From an uncultured Desulfosarcina sp. (GTDB taxonomy: Bacteria; Desulfobacterota; Desulfobacteria; Desulfobacterales; Desulfosarcinaceae), in NCBI GenBank assembly GCA_963674945.2, contig CAXXWQ010000003.1, forward strand, positions 1,152,001-1,216,000: a stretch of 64,000 nucleotides of DNA, in the 5' to 3' direction. Positions 31,827 to 41,699 of this stretch are shown piece after piece; position 1 is the first letter of the stretch, and each line of letters starts with the position of its first letter. The notes below the pieces were generated by a model. It saw only the letters and a program-made list of their open reading frames with translations. It made no database searches and had not been told where the DNA came from. Position numbers and translations under genes: made by a program.

Positions 31827-32054
31827 GAAAACAGACATTCGAGTTCTCTTTCTCTCAAGAAACATGACATCGAATGTCGTGAATTGACAAAAAATGTGAC
31901 TGTGGCCTGCGCTGCCCCATCCAGGTGTACCGTTTTTTTAAAATTATGTTCACATAGATGGCGATAATACCGGGTGAAAAAAAATATCACCCAATTGTTC
32001 CGTCCAAACTGTTTCATCTCAGAAAAAAAACCGGATCTTGGCAATGAAATTGCG
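31827..32054. repeat. Duplicated enhancer/sigma-54 promoter cassette, copy 1
   Basis: Collinear with 61666-61891 and of near-identical length; contains palindrome GACAT-N3-ATGTC. Confidence 0.8.
32039..32054 (+). promoter_or_regulatory. Sigma-54 promoter
   Basis: TGGCAATGAAATTGCG upstream of the RND operon. Confidence 0.75.
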
Positions 32055-32256
32055 TTACAAGAAAGCAATATTTTTTCATTTTACATAATCGCATTGCAAC
32101 GAAGACCCTCAGGATTTTACTACAGTACGTTCGATAAACGATTATATCGGAAGAATTGATGAGAAAAGAGAAGTTACATCCCCTCGCCGTTCTTATTTTC
32201 CATGGGGGGGGTAACCTGATAACGTTCATCTTACTCGCACCGCATCCGTCAAAGGT

Positions 32257-33387
32257 ATGAAAAAATCCATCATTGTAACAATTTTTGGCTTGAGCCTCCT
32301 GATCGGCGCGCTCGGCGGCATCAAATGGTTGCAAATTGGGCGGATGATCGCCCAGAGCAAGCAATACTCGCCGCCGCCCGAGACCGTCACCACGGCCGAG
32401 GTGCAGTCGACTACATGGCCGTCGGTTCTGACCGCCGTGGGGTCCCTGGAGGCGGTGGAGGGTGTGACGGTCACGGCTGAACTAACCGGAAAGGTGGTAC
32501 GCATCGCCTTCGAGCCGGGCAGCGCGGTTAAAGCCGGTGATCTGCTGGTCCAGCAGGATACGACCTCCGAGGAAGCTCAGCTGAGATCGGCCGAGGCGTC
32601 TTTGGAACTGGCTCGCCAGAACCTTGTACGCGCCAAGGAACTGCTGCCCGAAAACGTGATCACCCGATCCGACTACGACAACGTGGCAGCCGTCCATAAA
32701 CAGGCGGTGGCGCAGGTGGACGCCATCCGGGCGACCATCGCCAAAAAAACCATCCGAGCGCCGTTTGCCGGACGTCTCGGAATCAGGTTGGTCAATCTGG
32801 GCCAGACCCTCAACGACGGCGACCCCATCGTCTCTCTGCAGTCCCTGGATCCCATATTCGTCAATTTCCAGCTGCCTCAGCAGGAGGTGGCCAAAATCAA
32901 ACCCCATCTCCCCGTTACGCTCACCAGCGACGCCCTTCCCGGCCAAGTCGTAGCGGGGACCGTCACCGCCATAAATCCACAAGTGGACAGCGCCACGCGT
33001 AACATTCGCATACAAGCCACGGTTTCGAACCAAGGCGAGCGAATGCACCCCGGAATGTTCGTAAATGTTGAGGTTTTGCTGCCGGAAACCCGGACAATTC
33101 TGGTCATTCCAGCCACCGCCGTGCTTAATGCGCCTTACAGCGATTCGGTGTTCATCGTGGAGGAAAAACCCGACGACGACGGAAAACCGCCGGGCAGTTT
33201 CGTGCGCCAGCAGTTCGTTCGCCTGGGAGAGAAACGGGGCGACTATATCGCCGTCCTTTCGGGCCTTTCCGAAGGCGAAACCGTGGTGAGCACCGGCGTG
33301 TTCAAACTGCGCAACGGGCAAGCCGTGGTGGTCGACAATACCCTGGCGCCGGATTTCAAGATGGCGCCACAACCGACGGAAGAGTGA
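32257..33387 (+). CDS. RND efflux periplasmic adaptor subunit
   Basis: 'IRAPFAGRLG', 'INPQVDSATRN' and 'PGMFV' motifs. Confidence 0.92.
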   Translation: MKKSIIVTIFGLSLLIGALGGIKWLQIGRMIAQSKQYSPPPETVTTAEVQSTTWPSVLTAVGSLEAVEGVTVTAELTGKVVRIAFEPGSAVKAGDLLVQQDTTSEEAQLRSAEASLELARQNLVRAKELLPENVITRSDYDNVAAVHKQAVAQVDAIRATIAKKTIRAPFAGRLGIRLVNLGQTLNDGDPIVSLQSLDPIFVNFQLPQQEVAKIKPHLPVTLTSDALPGQVVAGTVTAINPQVDSATRNIRIQATVSNQGERMHPGMFVNVEVLLPETRTILVIPATAVLNAPYSDSVFIVEEKPDDDGKPPGSFVRQQFVRLGEKRGDYIAVLSGLSEGETVVSTGVFKLRNGQAVVVDNTLAPDFKMAPQPTEE

Positions 33388-33406
33388 CCACCGGAAGCAA
33401 CCATCC

Positions 33407-36400
33407 ATGAATATCACCGACCCGTTTATCCGCCGGCCCGTGCTCGCCCTAGTGGTCAACCTGCTGATCGTTATCGCCGGAATTCAGGCCGTGCGTTCGC
33501 TCAATGTGCGCCAGTATCCACGTAACGACAACGCCTCTGTGACGGTCACCACGGTATATGTGGGCGCCGGTGCCGAACTGGTGCGCGGGTTTGTCACAAT
33601 CCCGCTGGAGCGTGCCATCGCGGCCGCCGACGGCATCGATTACATCCAGTCCGAGAGCGCCCTGGGGCTTTCCACCATCAATGCGCGCCTGAAGCTCAAC
33701 TACGATCCCATTAAGGCCCTTTCGGAAATCAGCTCCAAGGTCGATCAGGTACGCAACGAACTTCCGCCGGAAGCCGAAGTGCCCACGATCAACATCGAAT
33801 CGGCGGACAGCCAGGTTGCCTCGGCCTACCTGAGTTTTACTTCCGACATCCTGCATCAGAACGAAATTACCGACTACCTCGTGCGCATCGTGCAACCGAG
33901 GCTGTCGGCCATCGAGGGCGTGCAGCGGGCCGATGTTCTTGGTGCACGCACCTTTGCCATGCGTATCTGGCTCAAACCCGAACGCATGGCCGCCTTCAAT
34001 ATCAGCCCCAGCCAGGTGCGCCGGGCCCTGGCGGCCAACAATTTCCTGGCGGCCGTGGGGCGTACCAAAGGGGCATTGATCCAGGTCAACCTGACGGCCA
34101 ACACGGATCTGCGCTCCGTTGAGGAATTCAAACGATTGGTGGTGCGGAAGGAAGACGGCGCCGTCATCCGTCTCGAGGACATTGCCGACGTAGTCCTCGG
34201 TGCAGAGGACTACGACACGGAGGTGCATTTCTCCGGACAGACAGCCGTTTTCATGGGCATCTGGCCACTACCCAACGCCAATTCGCTGGACGTAATCAGC
34301 CGAGTGAACAATGAGTTGGACGCCATCGCCGGGCAGCTTCCAGAAGGCCTGCATGCGAAGGTGGCCTATGACGCCACCGACTACATCCGCAATGCCATCC
34401 ACGAGATCATCAAGACACTTTCCGAAACGCTGTTGATTGTCGTTTTCATCATCTTCATGTTTCTCGGCTCCCTTCGGTCGGTGATCGTCCCCGTGGTGGC
34501 GATCCCCCTTTCTCTCATCGGCGCCGTGTTTATCATGCAGGTGATGGGCTTCACTATCAACTTGCTAACCCTGCTGGCCGTCGTGCTGTCAGTGGGTCTG
34601 GTGGTGGACGATGCCATCGTGGTGGTGGAGAATGTGGAGCGTCACATGGGCGAGGGAAAGTCGCCCATGGATGCTGCCCTGATCGGCGCGCGCGAACTGG
34701 TGGGGCCGCTGATTGCCATGACTATCACCCTTGCGGCGGTTTACGCGCCAATCGGACTGCAGGGAGGACTCACCGGATCATTGTTCCGTGAATTCGCCTT
34801 TACCCTGGCCGGTGCGGTGATCATTTCAGGAATCGTGGCATTGACCCTGTCCCCAATGATGTCCTCCAAGCTGCTGAAGCCAGGCCATTTTGAACGCGGT
34901 TTCGCCGGAAAAATATCGCGGGACTTCAAGCGCTTTACCGCCTTCTACGGCCGACTTCTCGATCATACCCTGGACGCCCGGCCGTCGGTCTACACGGTCT
35001 GGATCGTCATCAGCCTTATGACCGTTCCCATGTTCATCATGTCGCCCAAGGAATTGGCCCCGAACGAGGACCAGGGCGTGATCTTCAGCATCATCGACGC
35101 CGCGGCCAACTCCACGCTGGACCTCAACAGCCGCTATGCCGCGGCGGTCAACGACGTTTACATGAGTTTTCCGGAAACGAAATTCACCTTTCAGCTCACC
35201 TTTCCCAACTCCGGCATCGCCGGCATGGTGGTCAAATCCTGGGATGAACGGAAGACCACCGTTGCGCAGTTGCTGCCTGCGGTGCAGCACAAACTCGGGA
35301 CTATTCCCGCCGTCCGGGCTTTTGCAGTAACACCACCGGCGCTGCCGGGTGGCGGCAGTTTTCCGGTGGAATTCGTGCTGGCCTCTACGGCAGATCCGGC
35401 CGAGATCCTCGAGTTTGCCCAAAAGCTGCAACTTAAGGCCATCGAAAGCGGAATGTTCGCCTTCCCACCCACCATCGATGTCAAAATCGACCAGCCCCAA
35501 TCGGAAATCATCATCGACCGGGACAAGGCAGCCGACATGGGCCTCGATCTTCAACAGGTGGGCGGGGACATCCAGTCCATGATGGGCAGCAACTACGTGA
35601 ACCGGTTCAGTATCGCTGGTCGAAGTTATAAGGTGGTTCCCCAGATCAGCCGTGCCGACCGCATGAACCCGGAACAGTTGAACAGGATCTATGTCACCGG
35701 GCCAAACAAGCAGCTGGTAGCGCTGAGCACCATTGCCACCATCCGCAATTCAACGGTTCCACGATCCCTGAACCGTTTCCAGCAGCTAAATGCCGTAAAA
35801 ATAAGTGGCGTTGCCGTACGTCCGCTGGACGAGGCCCTGGGCTTTCTGGAAGATGAGGCCGCCAACATCCTGCCCCAGGGCTATGTCATCGATTATACGG
35901 GCGAGTCGCGCCAGCTGCGCAACGAGGGAAATACCTTCATCCAGGCCTTCGGACTGGCGGTGGTGCTGATCTTTCTCGTCCTGGCGGCCCAATTCAACAG
36001 TTTCCGGGATCCTTTCGTGATTCTGGCCGGATCGGTACCCCTGGCGATGTTCGGCGCCATGATCTTTACCTTCCTGAAAATGCCCAATCCCAACGTGCCC
36101 TTCTGGACCCACGGCTGGACCACCACCTTGAACATCTACAGCCAGGTTGGGCTGGTGACCCTGATAGGTCTGGTTTCCAAAAACGGCATCCTGATCGTGG
36201 AGTTCGCCAATGCCTTGCAGCGCCGGGGCCGAACCAAGCAAGACGCGGTGCGCGAAGCCGCCATGACCCGCCTGCGCCCGATCCTGATGACCACCGCCGC
36301 CACCATCGCCGGCCACTTTCCCTTGACCCTGGTGACCGGTGCCGGCGCTCAGGCCAGGAATTCCATCGGTCTGGTGCTGGTGGGCGGCATGGCCATAGGA

Positions 36401-36490
36401 ACGCTTTTTACCCTTTTCGTGGTGCCGTCCATCTACATGCTGGTGGCCCGGGACCATTCAAGGGATACAAGCGTGCCGGTGCAAAAATAA
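33407..36490 (+). CDS. RND efflux permease (AcrB/MexW-like)
   Basis: 'FIRRPV', 'GLVVDDAIVVVEN', 'SKNGILIVEFA' and 'RLRPILMT'. Confidence 0.95.
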   Translation: MNITDPFIRRPVLALVVNLLIVIAGIQAVRSLNVRQYPRNDNASVTVTTVYVGAGAELVRGFVTIPLERAIAAADGIDYIQSESALGLSTINARLKLNYDPIKALSEISSKVDQVRNELPPEAEVPTINIESADSQVASAYLSFTSDILHQNEITDYLVRIVQPRLSAIEGVQRADVLGARTFAMRIWLKPERMAAFNISPSQVRRALAANNFLAAVGRTKGALIQVNLTANTDLRSVEEFKRLVVRKEDGAVIRLEDIADVVLGAEDYDTEVHFSGQTAVFMGIWPLPNANSLDVISRVNNELDAIAGQLPEGLHAKVAYDATDYIRNAIHEIIKTLSETLLIVVFIIFMFLGSLRSVIVPVVAIPLSLIGAVFIMQVMGFTINLLTLLAVVLSVGLVVDDAIVVVENVERHMGEGKSPMDAALIGARELVGPLIAMTITLAAVYAPIGLQGGLTGSLFREFAFTLAGAVIISGIVALTLSPMMSSKLLKPGHFERGFAGKISRDFKRFTAFYGRLLDHTLDARPSVYTVWIVISLMTVPMFIMSPKELAPNEDQGVIFSIIDAAANSTLDLNSRYAAAVNDVYMSFPETKFTFQLTFPNSGIAGMVVKSWDERKTTVAQLLPAVQHKLGTIPAVRAFAVTPPALPGGGSFPVEFVLASTADPAEILEFAQKLQLKAIESGMFAFPPTIDVKIDQPQSEIIIDRDKAADMGLDLQQVGGDIQSMMGSNYVNRFSIAGRSYKVVPQISRADRMNPEQLNRIYVTGPNKQLVALSTIATIRNSTVPRSLNRFQQLNAVKISGVAVRPLDEALGFLEDEAANILPQGYVIDYTGESRQLRNEGNTFIQAFGLAVVLIFLVLAAQFNSFRDPFVILAGSVPLAMFGAMIFTFLKMPNPNVPFWTHGWTTTLNIYSQVGLVTLIGLVSKNGILIVEFANALQRRGRTKQDAVREAAMTRLRPILMTTAATIAGHFPLTLVTGAGAQARNSIGLVLVGGMAIGTLFTLFVVPSIYMLVARDHSRDTSVPVQK

Positions 36491-36662
36491 GACAAGACCC
36501 GAATGTGTTCGGTTGACGCAACAGATATGCCTTTTATCCTTTTGTCCCGCAACGCAATGGACGTCGCCTTGTACTGTGACATCTCTGCAGAACAGGTGAA
36601 TGAAATCGGCGTTCAGATCGAGTTTTAGGGTGACCTCCTTCAACCAAGGGAGAACATAACAG

Positions 36663-37466
36663 ATGGTTTCCCCAACCAGACCTTTAAACCCGATTGCCGT
36701 CCTCGGGGATCGCGTTCTCGCCCTGATCCGAAATCTCGGACGCTGGGCCGTTTTCTTCGCCGACGGAGTGCGCCACATCTTCACCCTGCCCTGGCAGATC
36801 GATAAGATCCTGCAGCAGGTTTATTTCATCGGTTTTCAATCCATGTCGATCATCTTGCTGACCAGCGCCTTCACCGGAATGGTTCTGGGACTGCAGGGCT
36901 ATTACACCCTTGTCAAATTCGGTTCCGAAGGCATGCTGGGCGCGGCGGTTGCCCTTTCCCTGATCCGGGAGATGGGACCGGTGTTCACGGCCATCATGGT
37001 AGTGGCCCGGGCTGGTTCCGCCATGACGGCGGAAATCGGCATCATGCGCATCTCCGAGCAAATCGACGCCTTGGAAACCATGGATATACTGCCGGTTCGA
37101 TTCCTGTTCAGTCCGCGGTTGGCGGCGGCTCTGATCAGTTTCCCCCTGCTCACCGCCCTGTTCGATGTCATCGGAATCCTGGGCGGCTATCTGACCGGTT
37201 CCCTATTGCTCGGCATCAACCCGGGAACCTATTTCGCGCGTGTCGAATCCAGCGTGGAGATTCATGACGTTTATGGCGGCTTTCTCAAAGCTGTCTGCTT
37301 CGCCGCACTGGTGACCACGATCTGCTGCTACCAGGGTTACCATACCCATCTGCGCAAAGAAGGATTCGGGGCCAAGGGGGTCGGCATGTCCACGACATCG
37401 GCGGTGGTGACGTCCTGTGTGGTCGTGCTGGTCACCGATTACATCCTGACCTCTTATTTGATATGA
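36663..37466 (+). CDS. mlaE: MlaE-family ABC permease
   Basis: 'REMGPV' and 'AEIGIMRISEQIDAL' motifs. Confidence 0.9.
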   Translation: MVSPTRPLNPIAVLGDRVLALIRNLGRWAVFFADGVRHIFTLPWQIDKILQQVYFIGFQSMSIILLTSAFTGMVLGLQGYYTLVKFGSEGMLGAAVALSLIREMGPVFTAIMVVARAGSAMTAEIGIMRISEQIDALETMDILPVRFLFSPRLAAALISFPLLTALFDVIGILGGYLTGSLLLGINPGTYFARVESSVEIHDVYGGFLKAVCFAALVTTICCYQGYHTHLRKEGFGAKGVGMSTTSAVVTSCVVVLVTDYILTSYLI

Positions 37467-38227
37467 CGGCAATGCAAACCCCTTTGATTCAATTCGACAA
37501 TGTTTATAAAGCCTTTGGCGCCAACGAGGTCCTTAAAGGGATCTTTCTGGATATCTTCGCCGGGCAGGTGACCACCATCATCGGTAAAAGCGGCATCGGC
37601 AAAAGCGTTTTGCTCAAACACATCATCGGCCTGATGGAGCCCGACAGCGGCCGTATCCTGTTCGAGGGGCTGCCTCTTACCGGGACGGACGGCAGCCGGC
37701 GCAAAACCTTCAAGGCCAAGTGCAGCTATATGTTCCAGAGCACGGCTCTGTTCGATTCCATGACCGTCGTTGAAAACATCGCCCTGCCACTCAAAGAACG
37801 ACGCCTAGCCAAGAAGACCGAAATTGCCGAACGCGTAAGAGCCAAAACGGAACAGCTGGATCTATCCGGCATCGAGAATAGCTACCCCTCCCAGCTGTCC
37901 GGTGGTATGCGCAAAAGGGTGGCGCTTGCTCGGGCTCTTGTCACCGAGCCTGAAATCGTCCTTTTCGACGAACCGACCACCGGCCTGGATCCTTTGCGAA
38001 AAAACGCCGTGCACCGAATCATCGCCGACTACCAGCAGCGCTTCGGCTTCACGGCCGTATTGGTCAGCCATGATATTCCCGATGTTCTTGGTATCTCCCA
38101 GCGCGTTGCCATGCTTGATCAGGGTCGTATCATCTTTCAGGGCAGCCGCAGGGAGATCCAGTCCAGCAGCGAGCCGGCCATAAGAGCTTTCATTCATGGC
38201 CGTTCCAATGAAGAGGAGACACCATGA
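37463..38227 (+). CDS. mlaF: MlaF-family ABC ATPase
   Basis: Walker A 'GKSGIGKS', 'LSGGMRKR' and 'DEPTTGLDP'. Confidence 0.9.
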   Translation: MTAMQTPLIQFDNVYKAFGANEVLKGIFLDIFAGQVTTIIGKSGIGKSVLLKHIIGLMEPDSGRILFEGLPLTGTDGSRRKTFKAKCSYMFQSTALFDSMTVVENIALPLKERRLAKKTEIAERVRAKTEQLDLSGIENSYPSQLSGGMRKRVALARALVTEPEIVLFDEPTTGLDPLRKNAVHRIIADYQQRFGFTAVLVSHDIPDVLGISQRVAMLDQGRIIFQGSRREIQSSSEPAIRAFIHGRSNEEETP

Positions 38228-38673
38228 AAAAAGGAATCACGGAAACCGCGGTGGGAATTTTCGTCCTCGTCGGGATACTCTGCTCAGCCTACCTTGCCCT
38301 CAAACTGGGACGCATGGAGTGGTTGGGCGACAATTACTACACCATTGAAGCCCGATTCACTTCGGTATCAGGGCTCAAAACCGGTGCTGTGGTCGAGCTG
38401 GCCGGGGTACAGGTGGGACAGGTGGCCGCCATCGACTTGGATCCCGAGTCCAACGTGGCCCGCGTCCGGCTCAAAATCCAGAACAGCGTCACTTTATATG
38501 ACGATGTCATTGCCTCGGTCAAAACAGAAGGGTTGATCGGCGACAAATATATCAAGATGACACCCGGTGGCTCGGGGCAAAGGCTTGAACCCGGTGGCAC
38601 TATCATGGACACCGAATCGGCCCTGGACATCGAGGAACTCATCAGCAACTACATCTTCGGAAAAGTCAAATAA
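38224..38673 (+). CDS. mlaD: MlaD (MCE domain) protein
   Basis: 'SGLKTGAVVELAGVQVG' and 'TEGLIGDKY' motifs. Confidence 0.9.
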   Translation: MKKGITETAVGIFVLVGILCSAYLALKLGRMEWLGDNYYTIEARFTSVSGLKTGAVVELAGVQVGQVAAIDLDPESNVARVRLKIQNSVTLYDDVIASVKTEGLIGDKYIKMTPGGSGQRLEPGGTIMDTESALDIEELISNYIFGKVK

Positions 38674-38711
38674 CGGTTTTGCACTGCGTGCGAAACAGGA
38701 GCCTCCAATTC

Positions 38712-38987
38712 ATGGCCTTGCAAAAAAAAATGAAATTATGGGTGGTCAACGTCGTATCGTTCATCGTCTTTGTGCTGCTGTCCGTCACCGGTTTAATCAA
38801 TTGGCTGGTACTGCCGCGCGGCGTTGGACGTGGATCATGGTTGATGGAAATCCGACACTTGTTGATCGATGTGCATACTTTTCTGGCCGTGGTTTTTATT
38901 CTGGTTATCGGTGCCCATCTGTGGTTACATGCGGCATACGTAAAGGCCAACCTCAACCTTTCCGGCTGGCGGAACAAGAAAGAATAA
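38712..38987 (+). CDS. DUF4405-like small His-containing membrane protein
   Basis: 'SVTG', 'DVH' and 'HLWLH' helix pattern. Confidence 0.65.
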   Translation: MALQKKMKLWVVNVVSFIVFVLLSVTGLINWLVLPRGVGRGSWLMEIRHLLIDVHTFLAVVFILVIGAHLWLHAAYVKANLNLSGWRNKKE

Positions 38988-39011
38988 ACATCCAAGCCAA
39001 GAAGTATCGTT

Positions 39012-40955
39012 ATGCAAAATATCAGATCTGATAAATTGCAGGAATATTTGAGTGAAGTACGAACGATTATCGAAACCAACCGAAAGCCGTTCGTTATATT
39101 GGATTCCAAGTATAACGTGCTTATCACCAACCAAAAATTTTTCAAAACGTTCGACGTTTCCTCAGAACAGGTTTTGGGAAGCAACTTCTACTCAATCGAC
39201 AATGGCGATTGGGATATAGAGGGGCTTCATGCCCTGATTGAAATCAATTTGCCCGGAGGCACGGCGCTGGACGATTTTGAAATCGACCACACCTTCAAAA
39301 GGTTGGGGAGAAAAATATTACGGATAAACGCACAATCTTATTACCATGCGAAGATCGGTGAACAGCTGACACTTCTTTCCATTGAAGACTTCACCAAACG
39401 AAAGCTGTTGGAAGAACAATTGAAGGAATCCGAAGAGCGCTTTCGGCGCATGTTCGAGACATCTCGGGACGGACTGATGTTGGTCAACAAGATCAGCGGA
39501 AACATTAAGTATTCGAACCAATCAATTGCAGATATGCTGGGGGTAGTCCCCGATGAAATTGTGGAAAAGTCCTTTTTCGATATCGGGATATGGGATAAAG
39601 GGATTGATTTCCCGGAAATGTTGAAGGCACTCGACGTGAATGGCTTTTTGAAGCGTCAAGCAAAACTATTGAATATACGGACGAACAGAGAATTCGATGC
39701 AGAAATATTTCTTATCGACAGGGCCGCCTTACTTCAATGCAATGTGCGCGATATCACCGAACGCGTGAAAACCGAAGAAGCGCACCATACGCTTCAAAAA
39801 CAGTTGCTGCAAGCTCAACGATTGGAGTCCATTGGAAGGTTGGCTGGTGGTATCGCTCACGATTTCAACAATATGTTATCCATCATCATGGGACACAGCG
39901 AACTGATGATCGATGAGCTTCGCATGGACCATCCTCACCGTGTTGTACTTGAAGAAGTCATAAAAGCAACATCACGGGCCAGGGACCTAACCAGGCAACT
40001 GCTGGCCTTTGGCCGCAAACAGGTTCTGGAAATAAAAAAGGAAGATATCAATGATATCATTGCCGGTTTCGAGAAGTTGATCCGAAGGGTGATCGGCGAA
40101 GATATCGAACTTAAAATATCCCTTTTATCCAAAGAGGTTGTCGTTGAAGTCGATACGACCCACATTGAACAGGTGTTAATGAACCTGGCGGTAAATGCCC
40201 GGGATGCAATGCCGGAGGGAGGTCAATTTTCAATTGAAACAGGTATTGTAAACCTGGATGCGAGTTACACGGACAGACATCCGGGTGTCAGCCCCGGTTC
40301 ATATGCCATGATCGCTGTGAGTGACACCGGTATTGGTATGGACCCGGAGACGCTGACGCAAATATTCGAACCCTTTTTTACTACAAAGGGAAAGGACAAG
40401 GGAACAGGCTTGGGGCTGGCCACATGTTACGGTATTGTCAAACAGCATGGGGGCAATATCTGGGTGTACAGCGAACCCGGACACGGAACGACTTTCAAAA
40501 TTTACCTCCCCCTTGCCACAGGATCGGCGAAAATTTCAAGGCAACAGCCTTTCGATGATGAGACAGTCGGGGGAGGTGAAACCGTGTTGGTAATCGAGGA
40601 TGACGAGTCTGTCCGCAAATTGACTTGTAAGATGCTGATGCGATTCGGTTACAGGGTAATTGAATCGAAGAACGTGACGGATGCCATTGAACGAGCCCAT
40701 AATCGCGAACCGTCCATAGACCTGGTGCTAACAGATGTGGTTATGCCCGGTTTAAAGGGGCCCGAGGTTTTTCAGCGTATTTGTGAACATCATCCTACCG
40801 CCAAGGTGCTTTACATGTCGGGATATGCAGACGATGTGATCGTACATAAGGGTATTTTGGATGATGGGGTACAATTTCTTCAAAAACCCTTTAGCCTTCA
40901 CTCACTCTTAAAAAAGGTAAAAGAGACACTGCATAAGTCTTTTAAAGGGAACTGA
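39012..40955 (+). CDS. PAS hybrid sensor kinase/response regulator
   Basis: 'GGIAHDFNN', 'NARDAM', 'GTGLGL' and C-terminal REC domain. Confidence 0.93.
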   Translation: MQNIRSDKLQEYLSEVRTIIETNRKPFVILDSKYNVLITNQKFFKTFDVSSEQVLGSNFYSIDNGDWDIEGLHALIEINLPGGTALDDFEIDHTFKRLGRKILRINAQSYYHAKIGEQLTLLSIEDFTKRKLLEEQLKESEERFRRMFETSRDGLMLVNKISGNIKYSNQSIADMLGVVPDEIVEKSFFDIGIWDKGIDFPEMLKALDVNGFLKRQAKLLNIRTNREFDAEIFLIDRAALLQCNVRDITERVKTEEAHHTLQKQLLQAQRLESIGRLAGGIAHDFNNMLSIIMGHSELMIDELRMDHPHRVVLEEVIKATSRARDLTRQLLAFGRKQVLEIKKEDINDIIAGFEKLIRRVIGEDIELKISLLSKEVVVEVDTTHIEQVLMNLAVNARDAMPEGGQFSIETGIVNLDASYTDRHPGVSPGSYAMIAVSDTGIGMDPETLTQIFEPFFTTKGKDKGTGLGLATCYGIVKQHGGNIWVYSEPGHGTTFKIYLPLATGSAKISRQQPFDDETVGGGETVLVIEDDESVRKLTCKMLMRFGYRVIESKNVTDAIERAHNREPSIDLVLTDVVMPGLKGPEVFQRICEHHPTAKVLYMSGYADDVIVHKGILDDGVQFLQKPFSLHSLLKKVKETLHKSFKGN

Positions 40956-40999
40956 GCTTGTCGTTCCTCGTCGTGGGCAATTAACATTCGAGGAAATAA

Positions 41000-41509
41000 A
41001 TGATGAATTTTCTCCTGCCGGCCATGGGGCTGGTGATTCTTTTCGCGGGCCGGCGGCTTTTCTGGCTTTTCGTCTGCGTTGCGGGGTTTGCTTCAGGCTT
41101 GCAGGCCGCGCCGCTTCTACTCGGCACTCAGCCGTTCTGGATGGTATGGGGCGTTGGCCTGGTCTGCGGTCTCATCGGTGCACTGCTGGCCTTTTTTTAC
41201 CAGAAGGCGGCCATTATCGTTGGCGGATTTCTGGCCGGGGTGTTCCTCAGCCTCCATCTGTTGCCCGTAACGACCACTGAAACGGTCGCACTGATCCGCA
41301 TTGGGTGTGGAATCGCCGGTGCCATCGCACTGTTTCTGGTTTTCGACTGGACCCTGATTGTCCTTTCGGCAATGATCGGCGCCGGTTTGGTCATCGACGG
41401 CGTGGGCCGCCCATTGCCCTATGCCCTGCTTTTCTACATCGTGCTGTGCGCCGTCGGTATCGTCGTCCAGGGCCGCTGGTTGAAGACTTCCAGAAAACAG
41501 ACACCCTGA
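41000..41509 (+). CDS. DUF4203-like membrane protein
   Basis: Gly-rich multi-TM protein; GAGG RBS. Confidence 0.65.
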   Translation: MMNFLLPAMGLVILFAGRRLFWLFVCVAGFASGLQAAPLLLGTQPFWMVWGVGLVCGLIGALLAFFYQKAAIIVGGFLAGVFLSLHLLPVTTTETVALIRIGCGIAGAIALFLVFDWTLIVLSAMIGAGLVIDGVGRPLPYALLFYIVLCAVGIVVQGRWLKTSRKQTP

Positions 41510-41699
41510 CGTGCGGATGGAGGATATGCCTCGACTTCTCATGAGAAAAACCCTGCCGCGGACATAGCCCGTCCGATCGGAGACGTTCGTTGGAAACATT
41601 GTTTCAATCCAATGGGTACCTGGCCGCAGTGCTGGGCACGTTCTTGGAAGGGAAACCATTCTGATCCTGGCGGGCTTGGCCGCCCATCAGATGGTTATG

